Both the position numbers and the translations under genes were made by a program. A stretch of DNA of 38,714 nt from Promethearchaeota archaeon (GTDB lineage Archaea; Asgardarchaeota; Lokiarchaeia; Sigyniarchaeales; SOKP01): the NCBI GenBank assembly GCA_019058365.1, contig JAHPZE010000035.1:1-38714 (forward strand), written 5' to 3'. The notes under the pieces are model-generated. The model was not told the origin of the DNA. It saw only the letters and a list, made by a program, of their open reading frames with translations, and did not search any database. Shown here piece after piece: positions 9,455-18,591 of the stretch (positions are counted from its first letter, which is position 1; each line of letters starts with the position of its first letter).

Positions 9455-10495
9455 TTATTTTAACATATTATAATTGTTTTTAATCGCAGATTCTGCTTCC
9501 TTCATTATTCTTTGAATAATATCATTAACATCATCAATGCTATCAATTATTCCAATTGATTGCCCTAGTAATACAGCACCTGTTTTAATATCTCCATTAT
9601 AGACCCTATCATAAGCACCTAAATCCTTCACTCTTTGCTCAGGAGATATAGATTGCTCGTATTCTATCATTTCTTCTTTAGAACTGGGTGCTGGATGTGA
9701 TAGCGCGTATTCATTTTTATATAAGCGAATTGGTCCAAATGATCCAGTGTAAAGCCCAGTATCTTGTGGTTTCCCTGGTGGAACTAAAGCCTTATACTTT
9801 TCATGAAATTCACTCTGTTGTGAAGCGATAAATCTTGAACCCATAGCTATAGCTCCTGCTCCGAGTGAGAGTGCCGCTGCCAACGCTTCACCTGTGGCAA
9901 ATCCTCCACATGCGATTTTAGGTAAGTCAGGAAATGCTTTATTTATTTGCTGTAATAATACAAGAGTTGAAACTCTTTCATAAGATTGATGGCCACCTCC
10001 TTCAGTTCCAGTAACTACTATACCATCTACACCCGAATCTACACATTTTTGAGCAAGCCATACTGCAGGTGCTACATGAAAGTGTTTAACTTCCGAATTT
10101 TCTCTTAATTCTTGAAAGTATTTAGATTTTGGTAGAAATCTTGAAGAACCTGCAGAAGTAAGCCAATATTTACACTGATCCCTCATTTTCGGATTTTTCA
10201 TAACTATTTGTGGTACTTTTCTTGCCATCTCTCGAACTCCTGGATTATTACGAGATGTAAGGATGTTAAGTCCAAAGGGTTTATCTGTGTGTTCAATCAT
10301 ATATTCCAAGCTTGCAAGATGTTCCTTGACGGGGTCCGTTCCCACTATATTAACATTTGATAAAACACCTAAACCACCCGCTTCACATACTGCAAGAGCT
10401 AAATCTCTTGTAAAAAAAGGACCCATTGGTGCACTGAATATAGGATATTTAATCCCAAACATTTTCGTTATATTAGTTTCTATCATTTTATTCAT
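9455..10495 (-). CDS. Nitronate monooxygenase / FabK-like family protein (paralog 2)
   Basis: APMGP, EAGGLG, GTEGGGHQSYE, IACGGFATG, MGSRF and GAVLLGQSIG; long blocks are shared with 84..1136. Confidence 0.85.
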   Translation of the reverse strand: MNKMIETNITKMFGIKYPIFSAPMGPFFTRDLALAVCEAGGLGVLSNVNIVGTDPVKEHLASLEYMIEHTDKPFGLNILTSRNNPGVREMARKVPQIVMKNPKMRDQCKYWLTSAGSSRFLPKSKYFQELRENSEVKHFHVAPAVWLAQKCVDSGVDGIVVTGTEGGGHQSYERVSTLVLLQQINKAFPDLPKIACGGFATGEALAAALSLGAGAIAMGSRFIASQQSEFHEKYKALVPPGKPQDTGLYTGSFGPIRLYKNEYALSHPAPSSKEEMIEYEQSISPEQRVKDLGAYDRVYNGDIKTGAVLLGQSIGIIDSIDDVNDIIQRIMKEAESAIKNNYNMLK

Positions 10496-10554
10496 TCTCT
10501 TGAATTTTTAAAAATATTGATAATTAAAAAATTAAAAAAAAATAGAGATGTAAA

Positions 10555-11730
10555 TTATATCATATCTACAAATTTACCTGACTTAAATAAATCACATGGT
10601 TTTAGGTAGGGTTTACCTAAATTTTCAGCTGTTTCTTCCAAAAGCTTAGCTAAACGTTCATAGTTCTTAGTAGCATATTCCATAGGACCTTTAAAATTCA
10701 TACCTGCTAATATTGCATCATCGATCACCTTCCAGCTTGATACAACGCCCTCTTCTAGAATTCTGCATCCCTCATTAGCATTGATGGCATTAAAAAGATC
10801 TTGATTCACAAGTCCTGCTTTTTTTGAGAGATCAGGTTGTGGTCTCCCCTTTGACCAATCATAAAACCCTTGTCCAGTTTTTTTACCCAGAGTCCCCTTT
10901 TCTATTTGCATTCTTAAAACTTTTCCAGGTTTAAAATCAGGAGAAAGTTTTTCGCTATAATAAAATCCTCCATTATATGATATATCCCGCCCTGTAAAAT
11001 CTGCTAATGTTAATGAAGACATTGGAGTATTTGGTCCAGTTAGATCAGCATCTACTTGTTCCCAAGGAATACCCTTTTCGTATGCTTGATCAATAATATG
11101 ATTAAAATAAATGCCCCTTGGAGCAAGTACCCGATTAACTATAAATCCGGGTCGATCCTTCTGTACACGAGCAATGTATCTTTCTCCTCTCAAGCATGGC
11201 AATGATTTCGCAACTTCAACACCTATATCCATAGATTCTTCTGAGCTCTTATCACCTTTAATAACTTCAATAAGACGCATTAATGGAGCTGGATTAAAAA
11301 AATGCATTCCTATTACATTTTCAGGTTTACTACATTTCTCCGCGATCTCAGTAATGCTCATAGTAGAAGTGTTCGAAGCAAATATACATTTTTCTGGAGA
11401 GTTTTCAATAACATCCTTACATACTTTTTGTTTTATATCTAATTTTTCTACAACTGCTTCAATAACTAAATCTGCATCCTTAACTGCATCAATGATATCA
11501 CTCGACGTTTTTAGTCTTGCTAAATAATCTGCAGCACTTGATCCTTCAGGTAAACTACCTTTTGATTCTAACTTCTCAAATCCTGTTTTTATGTAATCCA
11601 AACCTTTTTCAATAATTTGATCACTTATGTCAACTGCTGTAACATTATAACCTGCCATTAAATTTACTTGAGCAATTCCTTTACCCATATCGCCAAAACC
11701 AAGCATAACAATATGTTTCACATTCACCAT
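10555..11730 (-). CDS. 3-hydroxyacyl-CoA dehydrogenase (NAD-binding domain plus duplicated C-terminal domain)
   Basis: GFGDMG Rossmann motif, IEAVVE, ASNTSTM, GMHFFNP..LIE (His-Glu dyad), PGFIVNR and LGKKTGQGFYDW. Confidence 0.9.
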   Translation of the reverse strand: MVNVKHIVMLGFGDMGKGIAQVNLMAGYNVTAVDISDQIIEKGLDYIKTGFEKLESKGSLPEGSSAADYLARLKTSSDIIDAVKDADLVIEAVVEKLDIKQKVCKDVIENSPEKCIFASNTSTMSITEIAEKCSKPENVIGMHFFNPAPLMRLIEVIKGDKSSEESMDIGVEVAKSLPCLRGERYIARVQKDRPGFIVNRVLAPRGIYFNHIIDQAYEKGIPWEQVDADLTGPNTPMSSLTLADFTGRDISYNGGFYYSEKLSPDFKPGKVLRMQIEKGTLGKKTGQGFYDWSKGRPQPDLSKKAGLVNQDLFNAINANEGCRILEEGVVSSWKVIDDAILAGMNFKGPMEYATKNYERLAKLLEETAENLGKPYLKPCDLFKSGKFVDMI

Positions 11731-11763
11731 TTATTTCAACCTATTTTTTTTTAATATAAATAA

Positions 11764-11784
11764 TAAATATACATTATACATTAA
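11764..11784. promoter_or_regulatory. Candidate operator palindrome TAAATATAC-ATT-ATACATTAA
   Basis: 2 mismatches to consensus. Lies 34 bp upstream of the hbd start and about 20 bp downstream of a minus-strand TTTATAAA box (11811-11804). Confidence 0.55.
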
Positions 11785-12017
11785 ATAATCTTTTTAATAA
11801 CCTTTTATAAAGTCTATAGGAAAAAAGTTATATTTTAAATTGAGAGAAGTGAGAAGTAAATACTAATCAGAATGAATAGAATATACACAAAATTTACATT
11901 CTCAATTTTCTCTCTATAGAATAGATAAATAGTGATCAAACTATCAATAAATCTTTTCATAAAAAGTATTTAAACATCATATATTTTTTTAGTTAAGTTT
12001 TAGTTCAAAATAAAAAG

Positions 12018-14309
12018 ATGGTTGGATTAAAAATAGCGCAAGAAAAAGATGGACTGAAAATAATTAATACTGGATGTTGTCACGATTGTGGAGGTCGTTG
12101 TGTACTAAGAGCTCACGTAAAAAATGGAAAAATTATAAGACTTGAAACTGATAATGAAGAAGATCCTCAGTTAAGAGCTTGCTTACGAGGAAGAGCATAT
12201 AGACAACGAGTTTATTCAGATGAAAGACTCAGATATCCTCTACGTCGCGTTGGTGAACGTGGAGAGGGAATATTCGAGAGAATATCTTGGGATGAAGCGT
12301 TGGATGAAGTAGCCTTTAAGATTAAAGAGATTAAAAAAAATTATGGTAATTCTGCAATTTTACTTGTCCCTGGTGGTGGTAATCAAGGAATGCTCCATGG
12401 TATCGTATCTCATGCATTAATGCTTCATCAAATTGGGGGATATACTCGAATGTGGGGGGCTCCATCATACGAAGGTGCGTTATTTGCTTCTATGGCTACT
12501 TATGGTACAATGATGACTGGTAATGCTCGTGAAGATTTACTTAACTCTAAGTTTATAATAATGTGGGGTTGGAATCCAGCAAATACAGTTTGGGATCCTG
12601 GTACAAGTTTATGGTTGGCTAAAGCTCGAGAACAAGGAATAAAAATTGTGGCAATTGATCCAATCTTTACTGATTCAGCTGCAGTTTTAGCAGAAGAATG
12701 GATTCCTATTCGCCCTGGTACTGATACTGCTATGCTCATCGCGATGGCATATGTAATCATAACTGAAAATTTGCATGATCAAGTCTTCATTGAAAAATAT
12801 ACAGTTGGTTTTGATAAGTTTAACGATTATGTTATGGGCAAAGAAGATGGAATACCTAAAACTCCAAAATGGGCAGAAAAGATTACTTCTGTTCCAGCAT
12901 CAACAATTGAAAACCTAGCACGAGAATATGCTAAAAAAAAACCAGCAACTCTTATCGCTGGATGGGGTCCTGCGAGAACTATGTTTGGAGAGCAATATTC
13001 AAGAGCCGCAAATGTATTATGTGCTATAACAGGTAATATTGGTATAAATGGAGGATACTCTTCAGGCTTTATGAGAGCATATTATAGTCGTGAGAGAATT
13101 GTCACAGGAGGGAAAAAAAAGTCTGGCCCTATCAAGCTAGAAGAGGAGAAACTTAAAAAACCGAGAATTCAAGATAATCCAATTGATTTTGGGGCGCCTC
13201 CACGAGAGGATAGTTTATATAAGTTAAAAGGTGGGACTAATCCGGCAAATACTCGTATTCATTATAATGACTATTATAACGCAATTTTAAAAGGTAAGAA
13301 AGGCGGCTATCCAGCAGATATAAAAATGGCTTATATAGTTGGCACCAATCATTTAAATCAGTTTGGAAATGTAAATAAAGGTATTAAAGCACTAAAATCT
13401 CTTGATTATATTGTCATATTTGAGCAATTTATGACACCTACAGCTCAATTAGCAGATATTGTATTACCTGTAAACACATTCATGGAACGTAACGATGTTG
13501 CTGTTCCATGGCTAGGAGCACCTTACTATATTTATTTAAATAAAGCCATTGATTCGATGTATGAATCAAAGTCGGATCTAGAAATATGTAAAGAACTCTC
13601 TAGAAAATTGGGTGTTGAACAGAGCATATTGGATTTACCAGAAGACCAAATTTTAAGACTACTTACTGCTCCTCGTAAAGATATTAAAAGCTATAATAAA
13701 ATGAAGAGAGATGGATTTTATAAAGTAAAAGTGGAAGAACCATTTGTTGCATTTAAAGAACAAATAGAAGATCCAGAAACTCATCCCTTTCCTACTTTAT
13801 CAGGAAAAATTGAAATCTATTGTGAGCATATAGCAGAGAAGAATAACCCTTTAATGCCTCCAATTCCTAAGTATTTAAGCCATGAGGAACATTACGATTC
13901 TCCTAAAGCTAAAAGATTTCCATTACAACTTCTTACTCCTCACAATAAGAGGAGAACCCATTCTACTTTGCAAAACATTCCGTGGTTAGAAGAGGTTGAA
14001 CCCCATAATGCTTGGATAAATCCCAAGGATGCTTTAAAACGTAATATAAAAGATGGGGATTTGATAGATATTTATAATGATCGAGGTAGAATAAGAATCC
14101 CTGCTAAAGTTACTGAACGAATTATCCCTGGAGTAGTTTGTGTTTATCAAGGAGCATGGTATAATCCCGACAGAGAGGGAATAGATCTCGGTGGATGTGC
14201 GAATGTGTTAACTCAAGATAGTTATTCTCCAGGTGGTGCATTTCCCTTAAATAGTTCTCTTGTGGAAATAGAATTGGCTCCCATTAATAAAAAGGAGGGG
14301 AATTTATGA
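12018..14309 (+). CDS. DmsA-like molybdopterin oxidoreductase catalytic subunit, no Tat signal (paralog 2)
   Basis: CCHDCGGRC...RACLRG FS0 motif, ISWDEA, PGTDTA, PKTPKWAE, TPTAQLADIVLP, SGKIEIY and QGAWY. Confidence 0.9.
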   Translation: MVGLKIAQEKDGLKIINTGCCHDCGGRCVLRAHVKNGKIIRLETDNEEDPQLRACLRGRAYRQRVYSDERLRYPLRRVGERGEGIFERISWDEALDEVAFKIKEIKKNYGNSAILLVPGGGNQGMLHGIVSHALMLHQIGGYTRMWGAPSYEGALFASMATYGTMMTGNAREDLLNSKFIIMWGWNPANTVWDPGTSLWLAKAREQGIKIVAIDPIFTDSAAVLAEEWIPIRPGTDTAMLIAMAYVIITENLHDQVFIEKYTVGFDKFNDYVMGKEDGIPKTPKWAEKITSVPASTIENLAREYAKKKPATLIAGWGPARTMFGEQYSRAANVLCAITGNIGINGGYSSGFMRAYYSRERIVTGGKKKSGPIKLEEEKLKKPRIQDNPIDFGAPPREDSLYKLKGGTNPANTRIHYNDYYNAILKGKKGGYPADIKMAYIVGTNHLNQFGNVNKGIKALKSLDYIVIFEQFMTPTAQLADIVLPVNTFMERNDVAVPWLGAPYYIYLNKAIDSMYESKSDLEICKELSRKLGVEQSILDLPEDQILRLLTAPRKDIKSYNKMKRDGFYKVKVEEPFVAFKEQIEDPETHPFPTLSGKIEIYCEHIAEKNNPLMPPIPKYLSHEEHYDSPKAKRFPLQLLTPHNKRRTHSTLQNIPWLEEVEPHNAWINPKDALKRNIKDGDLIDIYNDRGRIRIPAKVTERIIPGVVCVYQGAWYNPDREGIDLGGCANVLTQDSYSPGGAFPLNSSLVEIELAPINKKEGNL

Positions 14310-14866
14310 ACCAAATGGGTTTCTATTTTGATCAAACAAGGTGTACTGGTTGTTACACATGTGCAGTAGCTTGCAAAGATTGGAATGATAATCCAGTGGG
14401 TGTAAATTGGAGATTCATAAAGACTGTGGAGGATGGGACATTTCCTAACTTATTTTTAGCTTATGTATCTACTTCATGTCATCATTGTGCGGATCCTCCC
14501 TGTGTAAAAGCTTGTCCGACAGGAGCAATTATTAAAAGACAATCAGATGGAATTGTAGTTGTGAATTCTGAAAAGTGTTTAGGTAAGAAAGATTGTGGTT
14601 CAAAATGCTTGAAAGTATGTCCTTGGGACATACCTCAATTTCGCAATGAAGAGAATTCGAAAATGGAAAAATGTAATTTTTGCTTAGAGCGCCTAGAGAA
14701 GGGGCAGCAAACTATTTGTGTTGAAGCATGTCCCATGTTTGCTCTTGATGTCGCTCCACTTAAAGAATTACAAGAAAGATATGGTAATATACAAGAAGCA
14801 GAAGGGTTTAATTACTTTGAGAAATTCAAGCCATCTGTAATATTCAGACCTAAGCTAAAAAAATAG
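14306..14866 (+). CDS. DmsB-like four-[4Fe-4S] subunit (paralog 2)
   Basis: CTGCYTCAVACK, CHHCADPPCVKACP and KCNFC..CVEACP. ATGA overlap with the upstream gene. Confidence 0.9.
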   Translation: MNQMGFYFDQTRCTGCYTCAVACKDWNDNPVGVNWRFIKTVEDGTFPNLFLAYVSTSCHHCADPPCVKACPTGAIIKRQSDGIVVVNSEKCLGKKDCGSKCLKVCPWDIPQFRNEENSKMEKCNFCLERLEKGQQTICVEACPMFALDVAPLKELQERYGNIQEAEGFNYFEKFKPSVIFRPKLKK

Positions 14867-14954
14867 GATAATATCTTTTTTTAAATATTTTTACTAAATT
14901 TAATTATTTTCAAATATTATAGTGCTAAACAATCGAAAAATTTTAAGTGATTCT

Positions 14955-15698
14955 ATGAAAGAAGTTGATAGGGTGAAGTATTATAATGTTTCTGAAATAT
15001 TTGGTATGCTTCATAATAGATTAAGTCAAGATGAGATAAAGGATCATTTTCGAACTGGCAAAATTCATGGTATAAAGATTGAAGATCAATGGTATGCTAA
15101 AAAAGAAGCAATTGATGAATTTGAAGAAGAAGTAATTAATACGGATATATATTTTTCTGAACTCCATCAGATTGATTTAACAAAAATCCAGTTAAAAGGA
15201 CGAATTCTAGACATTGGTGGTGGTGGAGAAGGAATTATTGGTCAATTCGCAGGACCTCACGTCATATCGATAGATCCCTCTGAAAGGGAGCTTAAAGAAG
15301 CACCAAGCGATTGCGTAAAAATTATTATGAATGGAAAGGATTTGAAATTTCTAGATGACACTTTTGATTCTATTACTTTATTTTTTACAATGATGTATAT
15401 ACCGATATCAGATCATAATAAAGTCTTTAAAGAAATTTATCGTGTTTTAAAATCAAAAGGAAATCTTTTTCTTTGGGAACTCACAATTCCAAAAAGACCT
15501 GAAACAGATAAAGACATCTTTGCAATTAAATTAGAAGTAGATATTGGGGACAAAAAAATATCAACGGGGTATGGAACTAGGTGGGGTAAAAAATTCGACA
15601 TGGGACATTATTTAGATTTGGGAAAAAGAATTGGTTTTAAGATTATAGAAAAGGAAGTAAATGGAGAAACCTTCTTTATTAAATATTTAAAAGATTAA
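14955..15698 (+). CDS. Class I SAM-dependent methyltransferase with N-terminal excisionase-like (HTH_17) domain
   Basis: ILDIGGGGEG motif I, FLDDTFD and EIYRVLKSKG. The N-terminal YYNVSEI...FRTGKIHGIKIEDQWY..KEAIDEF resembles HTH_17. ATG at 14955 follows GTGA; the ORF track uses GTG at 14922. Confidence 0.7.
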   Translation: MKEVDRVKYYNVSEIFGMLHNRLSQDEIKDHFRTGKIHGIKIEDQWYAKKEAIDEFEEEVINTDIYFSELHQIDLTKIQLKGRILDIGGGGEGIIGQFAGPHVISIDPSERELKEAPSDCVKIIMNGKDLKFLDDTFDSITLFFTMMYIPISDHNKVFKEIYRVLKSKGNLFLWELTIPKRPETDKDIFAIKLEVDIGDKKISTGYGTRWGKKFDMGHYLDLGKRIGFKIIEKEVNGETFFIKYLKD

Positions 15699-15709
15699 AG
15701 CACCATTTT

Positions 15710-16942
15710 TTATAATGAGAGGGATTTAAGGAATTCCTTGTCTTTATTTATGTAATATACCCAAGCGTTTTTTGACATTAAACAATTATCTCGAGTATCT
15801 AAATCCATAAGAAGTTCAATACGTAATTTTCGAGCATCAATATTATTTGGTTCTGTTTGAATTAGTACATCAAGTACCTGAAGTGCAAGTTGAGTTTGAT
15901 TTTGTTTAAATAATACTTTTGCTTGGTTCAATATTTTATTTGGATCCCCAATTAGATCAAAAATCTCATTCAACACTTCTTTTTCAGGTCTTGGTAAAAG
16001 ATGTGCAGGATTATCGTCAAAGTATCCATGATACCATCTATACACATTAAATACAAAAAATTCAACTCGAGAATACACTTGTATGAGATATGGATTGTTT
16101 TCAAGATGTTTTGGTATTTTCACTTTGTGAATCATTTCTGTAATATGCATTCCTTGGTTAGTAAATTCTACAACCTGATCATGTAGGCTACGAATTACTT
16201 CAATATTTGCATCCAAAGCCTTAATTACTTCTTCATCTTTAAGCATTACTCCTCCCCCGTTACAAAAAATATATTTTGGTTCTTTTTCACGTATTATTTC
16301 AAGAGTTTTTTCCCAATCTAATGCAAAACGGGTTGGTTTCCAAGGATTTCCTATGTTTGGAAAACGTCTACCAATCATTAAATCCCCGATAAATGCGGCA
16401 TTAATTTCAGGAATATATAACCATACAGCATCATCAGTTTCAGCACGAGTAGTATGTAATTCAAAAGTTTTATCTCCAACCTTCATGGTTAAATCTCCTA
16501 AAAATGTTTTAGTTGGATAAACGTACTTTATTGAATCTAACGTTTCAGGTACGTTAAATTGTAGTGCATTGATATGAGCCCGATGCTGAGCTAACATTTT
16601 GTATTTATCGAATCTATCAGGGAGATATTTACTTGCAATAATCTCTGGGTTATCATCAAGAAAAACTGATGCTCCTCCTACATGATCCATGTGACCATGT
16701 GTATAAATAATATACTTAATCTTATTTCCAATTCTTTCTTTTACTTGTTTAGCAGTATGTCTTCTATTTAATGTATCAATGAGTACCACTCCATCTGTAG
16801 TATCAATCCATCCACAACTAGAAATAATTACTCTAGCTGTATGAACATCTGGTAAAGGATTATTAAATTTCACATTTACACTATTAAGAACACGAGTGGC
16901 TTTTATCTCGTCATTTTTTATTTTCTCATTATTTTTTACCAT
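15710..16942 (-). CDS. Alkyl/aryl-sulfatase (SdsA1/BDS1-type MBL fold with dimerization domain)
   Basis: YTHGHMDHVGG, AETDD, FPNIGNP and YHGYFDDNPAHL. No C-terminal SCP2 domain. ATG at 16942 is the likely start. Confidence 0.75.
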   Translation of the reverse strand: MVKNNEKIKNDEIKATRVLNSVNVKFNNPLPDVHTARVIISSCGWIDTTDGVVLIDTLNRRHTAKQVKERIGNKIKYIIYTHGHMDHVGGASVFLDDNPEIIASKYLPDRFDKYKMLAQHRAHINALQFNVPETLDSIKYVYPTKTFLGDLTMKVGDKTFELHTTRAETDDAVWLYIPEINAAFIGDLMIGRRFPNIGNPWKPTRFALDWEKTLEIIREKEPKYIFCNGGGVMLKDEEVIKALDANIEVIRSLHDQVVEFTNQGMHITEMIHKVKIPKHLENNPYLIQVYSRVEFFVFNVYRWYHGYFDDNPAHLLPRPEKEVLNEIFDLIGDPNKILNQAKVLFKQNQTQLALQVLDVLIQTEPNNIDARKLRIELLMDLDTRDNCLMSKNAWVYYINKDKEFLKSLSL

Positions 16943-17135
16943 CGTAAATTCTCTATTATTTGAATTCGAGTCTGTATCAATTACTGCTCTTTTGAATATG
17001 AAATATATCAAGTGTAATAAAGTTGAGTTTAATAATAAAACAAAACAACAAATAGATTCAAATATTAATTAATCCAATTTTAATCAATAGAATTTTGATT
17101 GCGATAGAAAAATAATATGAAAAAAGGTTTGTAAA

Positions 17136-17963
17136 ATGTCAAATGAAAAAAAGTTTGAACATGTTAAAATCGAAAAAAAAGAAGAAGGAAATTATGCTGT
17201 AATAACAATAAATCGCCCTGATAAATTGAATGCTCTTCAAAACCAAACGTTAAGAGAAATTGCTGAAGCGTTAGAAACAGTAGAAGTTGATCAAAGTGTT
17301 CGATGCGTAGTACTACGTGGAACAAAGGAGTATCTAAAGAAACCTGCGTTCTCGGCGGGTGCTGACCTCTCAGATAGAGGAAGTGCTGATCTTGATCCAG
17401 ATAATTTAAGGCATCAAAGTCATGCGATGTATAGAAGACATAAATATTATAATTTAATTGAAGCATTTCCAAAACCTATAATAGCTGCTATAGATGGATA
17501 TGCTTTGGGTGGAGGGTTTGAGTTAGTCTTAGTGTGTGATATATCTATTGCTTCTAAACGCTCAACATTTGGGTTCCCTGAAATTCAACGTGGTATTTTC
17601 CCTGCTAATGGTGGAACTCAACGGTTAATTAGAAATCTTGGTAAAATGAGAGTAAAGAGAATGATGTTTTTTGGTGAACATTACACTGCTGAACAAATGT
17701 TTGAGTGGGGAGTTATTTCTTTCCTAGTAGATAATGATAAATTTGAAGATTTTGTTCATGAAAGGGCATCATGGTTAGGAAATGCTCCTACCAACAGTTT
17801 ATTTTTAATTAAGAAAAGTATTGACTATGGAACTCAGACACCCCTAAATATCGGCTTACAGTTTGAGCAGATGGGTTTTGCAATTAACTCTCGTAGTAAA
17901 GATGTTGCTGAAGGAGTTAATGCTTTCTTAGAAAAGAGAATACCTAAATTTCAAGGAAAATAA
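17136..17963 (+). CDS. Enoyl-CoA hydratase (crotonase family)
   Basis: INRPDKLNAL, FSAGADL, ALGGGFE and FPEIQRGIFP; both catalytic Glu are present. Confidence 0.9.
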   Translation: MSNEKKFEHVKIEKKEEGNYAVITINRPDKLNALQNQTLREIAEALETVEVDQSVRCVVLRGTKEYLKKPAFSAGADLSDRGSADLDPDNLRHQSHAMYRRHKYYNLIEAFPKPIIAAIDGYALGGGFELVLVCDISIASKRSTFGFPEIQRGIFPANGGTQRLIRNLGKMRVKRMMFFGEHYTAEQMFEWGVISFLVDNDKFEDFVHERASWLGNAPTNSLFLIKKSIDYGTQTPLNIGLQFEQMGFAINSRSKDVAEGVNAFLEKRIPKFQGK

Positions 17964-18116
17964 AATAATTAACTTTTCTAATTTTTTTTAATTTTTTAGT
18001 AGATCTTATAGTTAATAGAATCGGTTAAATTCTAACTAGATTTTAATATTTGAAATAAAAAAAAGAATTAATTTTTAAAGATTTCAGTAACAATTATTAA
18101 GTTTTCTTACAAATCA

Positions 18117-18425
18117 TTACTTTCCTATATATCGCATAGCTTCATTTAACGTATTATATACTTTAATTTGATACCTAAAACCTTCAATATCAAAAAATTC
18201 TACTAAAAATTTGCCGGCATAATCTAAAGCTTCTCCTACATCCTCTTGTTTTACTTCATCAACAAGAAAAACTTCAAGTCCTTCTTTAGTTGACGACACA
18301 GCAGCTGGAACAACTCGTTTAATACTAGAAATTAGTGGGTATTTTTGAAGTGTCTCTAAATATCTCTGAGCAACAGTATTTGCTAAAGAAGGGGGATACC
18401 ACGAAAATGATATTACATAAGGCAT
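18117..18425 (-). CDS. Small hypothetical protein (102 aa), possible ferredoxin-like/DUF3303-type fold
   Basis: SD GAGGTG before ATG at 18425. Alternating beta/alpha pattern ending EAMRYIG. The family assignment is by resemblance only. Confidence 0.65.
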   Translation of the reverse strand: MPYVISFSWYPPSLANTVAQRYLETLQKYPLISSIKRVVPAAVSSTKEGLEVFLVDEVKQEDVGEALDYAGKFLVEFFDIEGFRYQIKVYNTLNEAMRYIGK

Positions 18426-18591
18426 TTTTATACACCTCTTTTTATTTTTTAGATTGGATTTCTCGAGTGAAACCATAAATATATATTTTAAAATCCTTTT
18501 AAGTATTACTACAATTTCGTCTACTCAATAAATTTTAAAATAATGAAATTTTTTACAACAAAAGGTATCATTAAGAAGGAGTGAAATTAAT

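Noticed and set aside
11837-11908. AAATTGAGA...TCTCAATTT inverted repeat and GAGAAGT tandem in the hbd/dmsA2 promoter
   Set aside because: Short, widely spaced and not repeated elsewhere; plausible by chance in AT-rich DNA.
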